A DNA stretch of 64,000 nucleotides from Acidimicrobiia bacterium (GTDB lineage Bacteria > Actinomycetota > Acidimicrobiia > Spongiisociales > UBA5794): NCBI GenBank assembly GCA_041393965.1, contig JAWKJB010000003.1, positions 192,488 to 256,487 of the forward strand, given 5' to 3'. How positions within the stretch are numbered: position 1 is the stretch's first letter; every line of letters begins with the position of its first letter. Shown here piece by piece: positions 42,101-52,177 of this stretch. A model generated the notes under the pieces. It saw only the letters and a program-made list of their open reading frames with translations. It did not search any database and was not told where the DNA came from. A program made the translations under genes and the position numbers.

Positions 42101-43640
42101 CCTCGCCCAGCTCATCTACGACCTCAAGACCTTCAAGCCCAAGGCGGCGGTGTCGGTGAAGCTGGTGTCGGGTCCCGGCGTCGGAACGATCGCCGTCGGT
42201 GTCGCCAAGGCCCATGCTGACGGCATCACCGTGTCGGGCAACGGAGGGGGAACCGGGGCATCCCCGCTGGTGTCGATCAAGCACGCCGGATCTCCATGGG
42301 AGATCGGTGTCGCCGAGGCTCACCAGGCGCTGGTCGCGAACGGGCTCCGTGGTTCGATTTCTCTCGAAACCGACGGTGGACTGCGCACCGGCCGTGACAT
42401 CGTGATTGCTGCGTTGTTGGGAGCCGACCGATTCGGTTTCGGGACGCTTCCACTGCTTGCGCTCGGGTGCAAGATGGTCCGCCAGTGTCATCTCAACACC
42501 TGTCCCGTCGGGATCACGACCCAGCGCGAGGACCTGCGAGCCAAGTACACCGGTTCGGTGGAACAGGTGATCGAACTGTTCCGACTGCTCGCAGAGGATG
42601 TCAGGCGGCATCTCGCGCGAATCGGTGCGACCGCGATCGATGAGATCGTTGGCCGCGGTGACCTTCTCACCGCTACCGATGGCGGGATCGGTGCAAGCCT
42701 CGCCAGCTTGCTGGTTCGGGCAGACATCGGTGAGGAGCGGCCGTTCCGGCGCACGGCGCGCTCGCCCCTCGGCGACATCCTCGCCGATCTCGGCCGCGAG
42801 GTCGCCGAAACGGAACGGCCCACGGTCGTGTCCTTTCCGATCAAGAACACGGAGCGTTCGGTCGGCACCCGGCTCTCGGGAGATGTCGCTGCATCCAAAG
42901 GTGATGCGGGGCTCCCCGAAGGCACTTTCACGATTCGCCTCTCGGGAACGGCTGGCCAGTCCTTCGGAGCCTTCCTCTCGAATGGCATCGATCTCGACCT
43001 CGACGGGGTCGCAAACGACTATGTCGGGAAGGGCATGGGCGGTGGATCGATCTCGATCCGACCCTATCCGGGTACCCGGTCGGTTCCCCATGTTGCCGGC
43101 AACGCCTGTCTGTATGGGGCGACGGGTGGAGCGCTGTATGCCGCTGGATCCGTCGGTCAGCGCTTCGCGGTGCGCAACTCGGGGGCAACCGCCGTCGTGG
43201 AGGGAGCTTCGGACCATCTCGCCGAATACATGACCGGGGGCACCGTCGCGGTCCTCGGTCCGACTGGGCGCAATGTCGCGGCGGGGATGACCGGCGGCGT
43301 GCTGTATCTGTACGACGCGGACCTCGGGGTCAAGGGCAGGCTCGCGGACAGCGCAACTCGTCTCGAACGGCTCGGAGCCGACGATGGAAGGCGACTGCAC
43401 GCCCTCGTTGCTGAGCACCACATTCGGACCGGATCCGGGGTTGCGAAAGCTCTCCTTGACGATTGGGACGACGCCGTGGATCGGTTCTGGGTACTGCGCC
43501 CCGAGCCCCCGGAGCCGCGGGTGATCGGTGCCACGGATGCGGCGACCGATGTCATCTCATCGCACCTCATCGATCGGGAGTCAACCGACGGCTTCCCGCC
43601 GCCGCTGCCGCTTGCGTCGAGGGAACAATTCGTCCGCTGA
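39162..43640 (+). CDS. gltB: glutamate synthase large (alpha) subunit
   Basis: 1492 aa; N-terminal Ntn amidotransferase Cys (…DACGVGF…), central FMN/3Fe-4S domain, C-terminal GXGXG beta-helix domain; no gltD follows. Confidence 0.95.
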   Translation: MNRVSRFPLYDTSQHHDACGVGFIADRSASVSHRIVRLGVQCLHNLDHRGARAADGTGDGAGVMTRIPHRIVERDLTAAGIAPPPRDRIGVIAGFFPRARSTSDAKAIIEAVLADNGIETLLWRRVPIDRNVLSATARRTLPKIRQAFVAASDDIADPDAFERAMFLARKQIEQRDDLPGFTVSSASARTVVYKGLFTADLIEDFYWDLRDPAYESDFVIFHQRYSTNTQPAWELAQPFRMLAHNGEINTIQGNRSWMAARSNDLGTSVWGDRTPDLAPLVRPGIGSDSASLDEAFEVLVRSGRSLAHVKEMLIPQAWENVPDLDPSLKAFHEYHAFLTEPWDGPAAIAASDGTTLIAGLDRNGLRPARWAISPDTIVVASEAGVAPEIEVVALETGQLGPGEMLEVDLATGTHTMSLELKQRLARLAPYADWITMQTNYVNDPFDELQDERFDPDALARVFGYTSEERRLLLEQMTDGVEPILSMGHDTGLAALSPHPQRMPRYFHQAFAQVTNPPMDPIREKLVMSLLTYVGKHGSLLEETEQQAHMIELASPVLSDAEVEALRSSSDPTFASAWIDILYRPAPGAAPLVDAIAAVCDRAEEAVRAGASIIMLSDRATDADLAPIPILMAVGAVHHRLIDTGLRLNASIIAVSGEPRDAHDLACLIGFGAAAVNPYLAIEQVRSMAADGMVDHGVVEAQENYRSSLEKGLLKIMSKMGICTVKSYRSSELFEAIGLDDEVVDLCFRNVQRRVGGVGIERIANDVLVRHARYRTGDTEIEGYYKHRGGGVPHAAGPMNVLALQRAVRSGDAEAYDRYVNLIEHETPAMEIRDLLEIGTLGEPVPLESVEPAEEVMRRFVTAAMSLGALSAEVHQTLAAAMNRIRGRSNSGEGGEDPARYGTELNSAIKQVASGRFGVTPGYLASAAEFQIKMAQGSKPGEGGQLPGHKVTAEIAALRHTEPGVTLISPPPHHDIYSIEDLAQLIYDLKTFKPKAAVSVKLVSGPGVGTIAVGVAKAHADGITVSGNGGGTGASPLVSIKHAGSPWEIGVAEAHQALVANGLRGSISLETDGGLRTGRDIVIAALLGADRFGFGTLPLLALGCKMVRQCHLNTCPVGITTQREDLRAKYTGSVEQVIELFRLLAEDVRRHLARIGATAIDEIVGRGDLLTATDGGIGASLASLLVRADIGEERPFRRTARSPLGDILADLGREVAETERPTVVSFPIKNTERSVGTRLSGDVAASKGDAGLPEGTFTIRLSGTAGQSFGAFLSNGIDLDLDGVANDYVGKGMGGGSISIRPYPGTRSVPHVAGNACLYGATGGALYAAGSVGQRFAVRNSGATAVVEGASDHLAEYMTGGTVAVLGPTGRNVAAGMTGGVLYLYDADLGVKGRLADSATRLERLGADDGRRLHALVAEHHIRTGSGVAKALLDDWDDAVDRFWVLRPEPPEPRVIGATDAATDVISSHLIDRESTDGFPPPLPLASREQFVR

Positions 43641-43798
43641 ATTCGTTGTATGGGTACCTATTTGCGGCTGGGACGGGCGGCCGGTCTTCCCCCACTCCCA
43701 CTCGCTGTCGCCCGACCAGCCGCAACATGGGCTCCGTGACACCAAGCGGGTGTTCGGAGCGGTTTCGTTGAGGTGCGCCGTGCGGTGGACTAGGATTC

Positions 43799-43816
43799 GC
43801 ACTAGCCGCGTAGTGC
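43799..43816. promoter_or_regulatory. palindrome GCACTA-N6-TAGTGC (extended imperfect arms) 18 bp upstream of the sufB start, followed by RBS GAGGTGA: candidate operator
   Basis: read directly; resembles the ACACT-N5-TGTGA type of SufR operator reported in mycobacteria (from memory, not checked). Confidence 0.3.
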
Positions 43817-43834
43817 AATTCGTGAGGTGATGTC

Positions 43835-45241
43835 ATGACCACGGTGGATATCGATCTCGGTAGTTATCAGCTTGGCTGGTCCGACTCCGAGGACGCCTAT
43901 GTCTACAAGCCCGAGAAGGGACTGACCGAACAGCTCATCCGCGACATGTCGAAGATGAAGGGTGAACCCGAGTGGATGCTCGAGTTCCGCCTCAAGGCGT
44001 ACCAGCGGTTCTTGCGCAAGCCGACCCCGACCTGGGGCGGTGCGGGCTTGCTCGAGACCATCGACTACGACGACATCTACTACTACATCAAGCCGACCGA
44101 GGGCCAAGCCAAGGACTGGGACATGGTTCCCGAGTCGATCAAGGACACCTACGAGAAGCTCGGTATCCCCCAAGCAGAACGCAAGTACCTCGCCGGCGTG
44201 ACCGCACAGTATGAGTCTGAAGTCGTCTACCACCGCAATCGCGAGGATCTCGAGAAACTCGGCGTGCTGTTCTCCGACATGGACACCGCCGTGCGCGAAT
44301 ACCCCGACCTCGTCCGCGAGTACTTCGGCACCGTCATCCCGCCGAACGACAACAAGTTCGCGTCGCTGAACTCGGCTGTCTGGTCCGGCGGTTCGTTCAT
44401 CTATGTGCCCCCCGGCGTGCATGTCGACCAGCCCCTCCAGGCATACTTCCGGATCAACGCCGAATCGATGGGGCAGTTCGAACGCACCCTGATCATCGTG
44501 GACGAAGGCGCCTACTGCCACTATGTCGAGGGCTGTTCGGCGCCAACCTATTCAAATGACTCGCTTCATGCGGCGGTGGTCGAGGTCATCGTCAAGGACG
44601 GTGGCCGCTGTCGTTACACGACCATTCAGAACTGGTCGAACAATGTGCTCAATCTTGTCACCAAGCGGGCGACCGCCTACAAGAACGCCACCATGGAATG
44701 GATCGACGGCAACCTCGGCTCCGGGCTGACCATGAAGTATCCCGCGGTGTGGCTCATGGACGAAGGGGCACACGGGGAGGTGCTGTCGATCGCCTTCGCA
44801 AACACCGGCCAGGTTCTCGATGCCGGGGCCAAGATGGTGCATGCGGCACCACACACCACATCGCTCATCACCTCCAAGTCGATCAGCAAGGGGGGTGGCC
44901 GGTCGGCGTACCGCGGCCTTGTTCGGGTCGAGGAGGGCGCAGAGGACGCCAAGGCCTTTGTCCGGTGCGATGCGTTGCTGCTCGACGAGGACTCCCGATC
45001 AGACACCTACCCGTACATGGAGATCGAGGAGTCCGACATCGACATCGGACACGAGGCGACCGTGTCCAAGGTGGGTGAGGACCAACTGTTCTACCTGATG
45101 AGCCGAGGACTGACCGAGGAACAGGCGACCGCGATGGTGGTGGCGGGGTTCATCGAGCCCATCGTCAAGGAACTCCCGATGGAGTACGCCGTCGAACTGA
45201 ACCGCCTCATCGAACTCCAGATGGAAGGCGCCATCGGCTGA
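43835..45241 (+). CDS. sufB: Fe-S cluster assembly protein SufB
   Basis: 468 aa; conserved SufB N-terminus and C-terminal beta-helix core. Confidence 0.93.
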   Translation: MTTVDIDLGSYQLGWSDSEDAYVYKPEKGLTEQLIRDMSKMKGEPEWMLEFRLKAYQRFLRKPTPTWGGAGLLETIDYDDIYYYIKPTEGQAKDWDMVPESIKDTYEKLGIPQAERKYLAGVTAQYESEVVYHRNREDLEKLGVLFSDMDTAVREYPDLVREYFGTVIPPNDNKFASLNSAVWSGGSFIYVPPGVHVDQPLQAYFRINAESMGQFERTLIIVDEGAYCHYVEGCSAPTYSNDSLHAAVVEVIVKDGGRCRYTTIQNWSNNVLNLVTKRATAYKNATMEWIDGNLGSGLTMKYPAVWLMDEGAHGEVLSIAFANTGQVLDAGAKMVHAAPHTTSLITSKSISKGGGRSAYRGLVRVEEGAEDAKAFVRCDALLLDEDSRSDTYPYMEIEESDIDIGHEATVSKVGEDQLFYLMSRGLTEEQATAMVVAGFIEPIVKELPMEYAVELNRLIELQMEGAIG

Positions 45242-45259
45242 CCGCGGTTGCGCGTACCC

Positions 45260-45279
45260 ACGCGTACCCAGGGTTCGCG
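45260..45279 (+). repeat. intergenic repeat element copy C (ACGCGTACCCAGGGTTCGCG), preceded by a partial direct duplication GCGCGTACCCA
   Basis: read directly, 19 nt after the sufB stop. Confidence 0.8.
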
Positions 45280-45350
45280 GACCACCGAAATGGTCGCTGC
45301 CGACCCACAGAACGGATCGCCGGATCTGCCGCTCGTTACGCTGGGCGGCG

Positions 45351-46010
45351 ATGCGCATCCGGGTAGCTGTCTGCACCGTACGGTACGAAGGTCGCCTCAA
45401 CGCGTCGCTGCCTGAGGCAACGCGGCTCGTGATGGTCAAAGCGGACGGTTGCGTCGCGATCCATGCCGACGGTGCTGCGTACAAGCCGCTCAATTGGATG
45501 AACGCACCCAACACGATCACCGAGGACGACGATTCGTGGACGGTCGTCAATCCCAAGGGGGAGCGACTCACCATTCGATTCCGAGAGGTCCTCTTCGAGG
45601 AGTCGTTCGACATGGGAGACGACCCCGGGCTCGAAAAGGACGGTGTCGAGCTCGAACTCCAGCGGTTGATCGCGCAACGACCCGAGACGCTCGGTGCTGG
45701 CATGGCACTGGTACGCCGTGAATATCCGACGCCGATCGGCCCGGTCGACTTGCTGTGCCGTGCACAGGACGGTTCGACGGTTGCCGTCGAGATCAAGCGT
45801 CGTGGCGAGATCCAAGCCGTCGAGCAGCTCACCCGGTATCTCGAGTTCCTGAACCGCGACACCCGCATCGCCCCGGTCACGGGCATCCTGGCCGCACAGC
45901 TCATCAAGCCGCAGGCTCGGCTCCTTGCTGTGGATCGCGGCATCGAGTGCGTGGAGATCGACTACGACGCCCTGCGCGGTGCCGAATCAGACATCCTGCG
46001 ACTCTTCTGA
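45351..46010 (+). CDS. nucS: endonuclease NucS (EndoMS, mismatch-specific)
   Basis: 219 aa; N-terminus colinear with mycobacterial NucS (…[22 protein letters not shown]…); RecB-like nuclease C-domain. Confidence 0.88.
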   Translation: MRIRVAVCTVRYEGRLNASLPEATRLVMVKADGCVAIHADGAAYKPLNWMNAPNTITEDDDSWTVVNPKGERLTIRFREVLFEESFDMGDDPGLEKDGVELELQRLIAQRPETLGAGMALVRREYPTPIGPVDLLCRAQDGSTVAVEIKRRGEIQAVEQLTRYLEFLNRDTRIAPVTGILAAQLIKPQARLLAVDRGIECVEIDYDALRGAESDILRLF

Positions 46011-46049
46011 GGCCCGGCAGCGATCGAACGCGCGTGCGGCGAGGCGACG

Positions 46050-46457
46050 CTACGAGCCGTTGTTCGTCAGGGTCAGCACGGGGACCGCCGCAAGTTCGTC
46101 GAGAAGCGCCGTTCGAGCAGCCTTCCACGGTTCGTGGATCGCGCATTGCGTGGCACCCCCACACGGTCCACCCCTCAGGACGCAGGTCTCCGTGTCCGTT
46201 TTCCCCTCGACGGCCTCGATGAGATCGAGGACACTGATCGTGACCGGATCGGCGGCGAGCTGATAGCCACCGGTCGGCCCACGCTTGGAATCGACCCACC
46301 CCATGTGGACGAGGGGTGACATGATCTGAGGGAGGTAGGCCTGGGTGGTATCGATCGCTTCGGCAAGGTCCGACGACTGCATCGACGACTTCGACCGGCT
46401 CAGGACCCGCAGTGCATCAACGGCAAGCCCTGTCTTTTTCTGGATGGAGAATTTCAC
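46050..46457 (-). CDS. Rrf2 family transcriptional regulator with three-Cys cluster-ligand motif (IscR/NsrR/RsrR-like)
   Basis: GTG start; N-terminal wHTH (…LAEAIDTTQAYLPQIMSPL…); C-x7-C-x5-C (CVLRGGPCGGATQC). Confidence 0.8.
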   Translation of the reverse strand: MKFSIQKKTGLAVDALRVLSRSKSSMQSSDLAEAIDTTQAYLPQIMSPLVHMGWVDSKRGPTGGYQLAADPVTISVLDLIEAVEGKTDTETCVLRGGPCGGATQCAIHEPWKAARTALLDELAAVPVLTLTNNGS

Positions 46458-46462
46458 AGTTC

Positions 46463-46503
46463 CGAAGTCTAGAACATTTATATCTCAGATGGGTCGACTT
46501 CGG
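46463..46503. promoter_or_regulatory. inverted repeat CCGAAGTC-N25-GACTTCGG in the AT-richer 72-bp region immediately upstream of the Rrf2 gene: candidate autoregulatory operator/promoter
   Basis: read directly; the only clearly lower-GC stretch near here. Confidence 0.3.
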
Positions 46504-46529
46504 GCTGAAGTTTGTCCCCAACCGGGACC

Positions 46530-47459
<930 letters not shown>

Positions 47460-47590
47460 CACCCCCGCCCCTTGGCTGTGAAACCGCGTCCCTTGCCGGG
47501 AACTGGAAGATATCACCTTTCGGTCAGTGTGGCAAGAGAGCTGTACGCTTCATTCGCAGTCTCTTGAGGCACCCGTTCGGGGCGATCGGC

Positions 47591-49081
47591 ATGAAGCAAC
47601 GGCCATTCACAGCACTTGTCTCGATGGTCGCGCTCGTCGTCACCGGTTGCACCGGCATGAACGGCTTCGGGCCCAGTGATGCGGTTATCCCACCGGAACG
47701 GGGAGATCCCACGCTGCGGATCGTCGTCCTCGCTGCAGACGACCTCGGTGAGCTTCCATCGACGGTGATCCTCGACGGAGCGGTGCTCCCGGGATCAGGA
47801 GGCACGAGGGAGATCCCATGGCGGCGAGAGCCGATCGAGGTGTCTGTCGCCGCAAGTGGATTCCACCCCCTCGATCATCGTATCGAGCGATATCCGGAGG
47901 GGGGAGTCGTCGAGTTCCGGCTCGAGCCGGTCGTGCTCACCGGCCGTATCACGACCCACGACGGACGGCCGCTCCCCGGAGCCTTGGTGGAACTGGGCGG
48001 CGACTCGGATCGGACCGACAACGAGGGCCGGTACGCGCTCGAGCGAGCAACCGAAGGCACCATGACCCTGTCACGGCCCGCATGGCAGACACGGACCTAC
48101 GACTGGGATGGGACCATTCTCGAGGTGGACATACCGATGGAGCGGTTCGACATCAGGGCGATCCGAGCATCGGCGGCAGACCTCGGCGACTCGGCGGCCT
48201 GGGATCGGATGCTCGATCTGGCGGATCGCACCGCGATCAACGCCGTCGTCATCGACCTCAAGGACGAGAACGGGGCGGTGGTGTACGGTTCGACGCTGGC
48301 CAGGGCAGCCTCGATCGGGGCGATCAACAGCTACTTCGACGCCACGACCGTGGTCGCGGACGCCAAGGAGCACGACCTGTACACGATCGGTCGGATCGGT
48401 GTGTTCCAGGACGACTTCTACGCAACGGCCGAGCCGGACCACGCCGTGACAACCACAACCGGGGAGCTGTGGCGAGCATCGAACGGCCATGGCTGGGTCG
48501 ACCCTTCGGACCCCGCAGGTTACGAATACTCGGTTGCGCTCGCCGAGGAGGCATGCCTTCTCGGATTCGACGAGATCCAGTTCGACTATGTCTCGTGGCC
48601 GATCGGTGATCTCGACAACGCCGTCTTCGACGGCGAGTACAACCAGGAGGTTCGGGTGGCGTCGATCACGGCCTTCCTTGAGCGTGCCTACACCGTACTG
48701 CATCCACGATGCGCCGTGTCGACGACCGTTCTCGGCATCGTGCTCGAGTCAGGAACCGACGAGGGGGTGGGTCAGGAGCCGTCGGCGATGTCCGGCGCAG
48801 TCGATGTCCTATCGCCAACCCTCTACACGACGAACTACGGCGCCGGGTGGAAGGGGATGGATGATCCGAACGATCACGCCGTCGAGGTTGTCACAACGGC
48901 CCTCGACGGTGGTGCCAGCAAGCTCGTCGGTTTTGCCTATCTGCGTCCGTGGCTCCAGACCTGGGCGATCAGCGAAACGGATCAGCGAGCCGTACAGTCA
49001 GCGGTCAGCAACGATGGCATGGGGTGGCTGTTGTGGAGCAACAACGCGCAATACACGATGGGGAACCTGCCGAGCGGTTAG
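47591..49081 (+). CDS. lipoprotein with putative glycoside-hydrolase-like TIM-barrel domain (DUF4015/GHL-type)
   Basis: signal peptide + lipobox (ALVVTGCTG); central region resembles YngK/GHL-type family; function unknown. Confidence 0.5.
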   Translation: MKQRPFTALVSMVALVVTGCTGMNGFGPSDAVIPPERGDPTLRIVVLAADDLGELPSTVILDGAVLPGSGGTREIPWRREPIEVSVAASGFHPLDHRIERYPEGGVVEFRLEPVVLTGRITTHDGRPLPGALVELGGDSDRTDNEGRYALERATEGTMTLSRPAWQTRTYDWDGTILEVDIPMERFDIRAIRASAADLGDSAAWDRMLDLADRTAINAVVIDLKDENGAVVYGSTLARAASIGAINSYFDATTVVADAKEHDLYTIGRIGVFQDDFYATAEPDHAVTTTTGELWRASNGHGWVDPSDPAGYEYSVALAEEACLLGFDEIQFDYVSWPIGDLDNAVFDGEYNQEVRVASITAFLERAYTVLHPRCAVSTTVLGIVLESGTDEGVGQEPSAMSGAVDVLSPTLYTTNYGAGWKGMDDPNDHAVEVVTTALDGGASKLVGFAYLRPWLQTWAISETDQRAVQSAVSNDGMGWLLWSNNAQYTMGNLPSG

Positions 49082-49746
49082 CGAACCTCACCGAGGAGCT
49101 GATCCAATGTCGACGCTGCCCTCGACTGGTGGCATGGCGCGAGGAGGTGGCAAGGACCAAGCGTGCCGCCTTTGAAGGTGAGGAGTATTGGGGCAAGCCG
49201 GTACCGGGGTTCGGGGATCCGATGGCTCGGATCGTCGTCATCGGCCTCGCACCCGCTGCACACGGGGCCAACCGCACCGGGCGCATGTTCACCGGTGATC
49301 GTTCAGGTGATTGGCTGTTTCGCGCGTTGCACACGGCGGGTCTGGCATCGCAGCCACATTCGGTCTCGACAACCGACGGGCTCACGCTGTCAGATGTCTG
49401 GATCACGGCACCGGTGCGGTGTGCGCCGCCCCAGAACAAGCCGACACCGGCAGAGCGGGATGCGTGCTCGTCGTGGTTCGATGCCGAACTCGGGATGCTC
49501 GCCAACGCCCGAGTGTTTGTCGCGCTCGGTCAGTACGGCTATCACGCCCTGTGGGCCCACCTGGCTCGTGCAGGACAGCCCCTCCCGGTCCCACGGCCGA
49601 AGTTCGCCCACGGTCTCGAGACCGCCATCGGCCCCCTCACGATTCTCACCAGTTTCCATGTCTCCCAGCAGAACACCTTCACGGGAAGGCTGACGGTCGA
49701 GATGCTCGATGCCGTGTTCTTGCGAGCCGTACGGCTCGTGTCGTGA
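49033..49746 (+). CDS. udgB: uracil-DNA glycosylase, family 5 (UdgB-type)
   Basis: motif A with Ala in place of the catalytic Asp (GLAPAAHGANRTGRMFTGDRSGDWL), CxRCPRL upstream, motif B HVSQQN; no in-frame ATG, so GTG 49033 (or 49024) is proposed, overlapping the upstream gene by ~49 nt. Confidence 0.7.
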   Translation: MEQQRAIHDGEPAERLANLTEELIQCRRCPRLVAWREEVARTKRAAFEGEEYWGKPVPGFGDPMARIVVIGLAPAAHGANRTGRMFTGDRSGDWLFRALHTAGLASQPHSVSTTDGLTLSDVWITAPVRCAPPQNKPTPAERDACSSWFDAELGMLANARVFVALGQYGYHALWAHLARAGQPLPVPRPKFAHGLETAIGPLTILTSFHVSQQNTFTGRLTVEMLDAVFLRAVRLVS

Positions 49747-49862
49747 GCGACGACATGCACGCCCGGGTCCTCCATGGGGGCGTGATGGGCAATTCACCTA
49801 TCGTCGTATTGGAAACGCCGAGGATCCAGTAACCTCGGAGCATCCCAGCAAGGACATCTGGC

Positions 49863-51062
49863 GTGACAACACCCGCAACCATCGGAATCGATGACGCCGC
49901 GTGGATGGCGACTCGGCGCTCGGACGCGAGCCAACGGCTCGCGACCACAACCATGCCGTCCGAACGCGAGGAGGTCTGGCGCTACCTCGACCTCGACTTC
50001 GATCCCGACTTCGGCTCGGCGCCGCTCGCGCCCGGCGCTTTCCCTTCCGCTGATCAGTTGATGGACGACTGGGTCGGCTCGGTGATCTCGATCGTCGACG
50101 GGTTCGTTACGACCGACGGTGTGCACACCGTTGTATCCGAGCCGGAGGCGACCGACGACGGTGTCGGATCTGATCTGTTCGCAACAGCGTACGATGCGCT
50201 CGCCCCGGGTGCTGCGCTCGTGGATGCCGGTCATCTCGGGGAGCCGGTCTTCGTCGATATCGCAGCGACCGGCCCCGGAACCACCTTTCCGGGAGTGCAT
50301 ATCCACGCGCCCGCCGGATGCGATGCCTCGGTGGTGATCCGCTACCGGTCCGCTTCCGATGACGCTGCCGTGGTCGTGCCGCGCCTCACCGCCAAGGTCG
50401 GCGACAATGCTCGGCTCGCACTCACGATCATCCAGGACTGGAACTACGCGACGAGGGCGATGGGGCGAGCCGTCGTCGATCTCGGGCAGGATGCGGGGCT
50501 GACCCTGTCGGAGGTCGGCCTCGGTGCACTCCTTGGTCGCTTGCACCTCGATGTCAACTTCATCGGCCGCGGATCGTGGGGTCAGATCCACGGTGCCTAC
50601 TTCGGCGAGGAGAACCAGACCCTCGACTACCGGTACTTCATGAACCACATCGGGACCAACACGCGGTCTGACATGTTCCTCAAAGGTGCCGTGGAGGACG
50701 AGGCGCTGTCGGTGTTCACCGGCATGATCAGGATCGAGACGACCGGCCAGAAGACCGAGGCGTTCCAGACGAACCGGAACCTGATCCTTTCACGCGGTGC
50801 GTCGGCACAGTCCGTTCCCAACCTTGAGATCCTCGCGAACGATGTCAAGTGCGGTCACGGATCGAGCGTCGGTCCCCTCGACGAGGACCAGCGCTACTAC
50901 CTGATGAGCCGAGGGCTGATTCCCGAGGTCGCCGACCGGCTGCAGGTCCGGGGCTTCTTCGAGGAGGCCATCGCCAAGATCCCCCATGCGGATCTCGCAC
51001 CGTGGATCCGCGAGCGGATCAACGCCAAGTATGTCCTTGCCCAGGAAGAAGGCAGGGTATGA
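49863..51062 (+). CDS. sufD: Fe-S cluster assembly protein SufD
   Basis: 399 aa; SufD beta-helix C-terminal region; context. Confidence 0.9.
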   Translation: MTTPATIGIDDAAWMATRRSDASQRLATTTMPSEREEVWRYLDLDFDPDFGSAPLAPGAFPSADQLMDDWVGSVISIVDGFVTTDGVHTVVSEPEATDDGVGSDLFATAYDALAPGAALVDAGHLGEPVFVDIAATGPGTTFPGVHIHAPAGCDASVVIRYRSASDDAAVVVPRLTAKVGDNARLALTIIQDWNYATRAMGRAVVDLGQDAGLTLSEVGLGALLGRLHLDVNFIGRGSWGQIHGAYFGEENQTLDYRYFMNHIGTNTRSDMFLKGAVEDEALSVFTGMIRIETTGQKTEAFQTNRNLILSRGASAQSVPNLEILANDVKCGHGSSVGPLDEDQRYYLMSRGLIPEVADRLQVRGFFEEAIAKIPHADLAPWIRERINAKYVLAQEEGRV

Positions 51063-51394
51063 CGATCCATTCCCTCGGCTCCATCGATGCGCTCCCCGAC
51101 GGAAAAGGGACCCGTTTCGATTTCGGTGATGAACGCATCGCGGTGTTCCGTGTCGGCGGGGCGGTGTATGCCATCGGAGATCGCTGTAGCCATGCGGAGG
51201 CATCGCTGTCTGAGGGCGAGCTGTTCGGGCTCGAGGTCGAGTGTCCGAGGCATGGTGCCGAGTTCGACATCACCACCGGTGCCGTCTGCTCGCTGCCAGC
51301 GACCAAGCCGGTTCCGTCGTACCCAACGGAGGTGCGTGACGGTGAGGTCCTCATCACGATCACAACGAAGGAAGAAGATGTCAAGCGCACTTGA
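51059..51394 (+). CDS. Rieske [2Fe-2S] non-heme iron-sulfur protein
   Basis: ATG overlapping the sufD stop (ATGA); CxH…CxxH (DRCSHAE…CPRHGAEF); upstream ORF extension rejected. Confidence 0.8.
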   Translation: MTIHSLGSIDALPDGKGTRFDFGDERIAVFRVGGAVYAIGDRCSHAEASLSEGELFGLEVECPRHGAEFDITTGAVCSLPATKPVPSYPTEVRDGEVLITITTKEEDVKRT

Positions 51395-52106
51395 GGTCAG
51401 CAATCTGACCGCGTCGATCGGAGATCTCGCGATTCTCAAGGGGGTCGATCTGGAGGTGCCGTTCGGAGAGGTCCACGCGGTGATGGGACCAAACGGTTCC
51501 GGGAAGTCGACCCTCTGCCATGTCCTGATGGGCAAGGACGACTACACGGCGTCCGGCACGGCTCGGGTGGACGGAGTGGACATCATGGGCATGACCGTCG
51601 ATGAACGGGCCCGCGTGGGGCTGTTCGAAGCCTTCCAGTATCCGACCGAGATTCCGGGCGTCACGCTCGATGATCTCGTCGGTGCGATGGCGGCGTCGAA
51701 CCCCGACGACGACGGATTCTGGGCGCGCGCCGATGCGACCGCACAGACCCTGTCGATGGATCGATTCCGGAAGCGGTCGGTGAATGTCGGGCTGTCCGGT
51801 GGCGAGAAGAAGCGTTCGGAGATGTACCTGCTCGGCGTTGCGAACCCCAAGGTGGCGATCCTCGACGAGATCGACTCGGGTCTCGACATCGACGCGGTGC
51901 GCGAGGTCGCAGCGCTGGTCGAGTCCATGCGAAGCGACGAGCGCGCTGTGCTCATCATCACGCACTACAGCAGGATCCTGCGCTACCTATCGGTCGACCG
52001 TGTCCATGTCATGGTGAGCGGCAAGATCGTCAGAAGTGGTGGTCCCGAGGTCGCAGAGGAACTCGAGTCCGGCGGCTACGCCGAATTGCAGGCAGCAGCT
52101 CGGTAG
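51378..52106 (+). CDS. sufC: Fe-S cluster assembly ATPase SufC (copy 1)
   Basis: 242 aa fits ATG at 51378 (the track lists 51381); Walker A GPNGSGKST, signature LSGGEKKR, Walker B ILDEIDSGLD; strong match to mycobacterial SufC C-terminus (ITHYSRILRYL…GGPEVAEELE). Confidence 0.9.
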   Translation: MSSALEVSNLTASIGDLAILKGVDLEVPFGEVHAVMGPNGSGKSTLCHVLMGKDDYTASGTARVDGVDIMGMTVDERARVGLFEAFQYPTEIPGVTLDDLVGAMAASNPDDDGFWARADATAQTLSMDRFRKRSVNVGLSGGEKKRSEMYLLGVANPKVAILDEIDSGLDIDAVREVAALVESMRSDERAVLIITHYSRILRYLSVDRVHVMVSGKIVRSGGPEVAEELESGGYAELQAAAR

Positions 52107-52177
52107 CGCACAGGCAGCCGGCTGCGGTGTGATCCGAGTGAGGTCCGGTGCCTTGCGTTCATAGTACGGTTCGTGCC

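Noticed and set aside
42063-43421. 452-aa antisense ORF within gltB (similar antisense ORFs lie inside pncB, PatA, EF-G and others)
   Set aside because: Same reasoning: the sense frames encode well-defined enzymes and the antisense frames are low-complexity.
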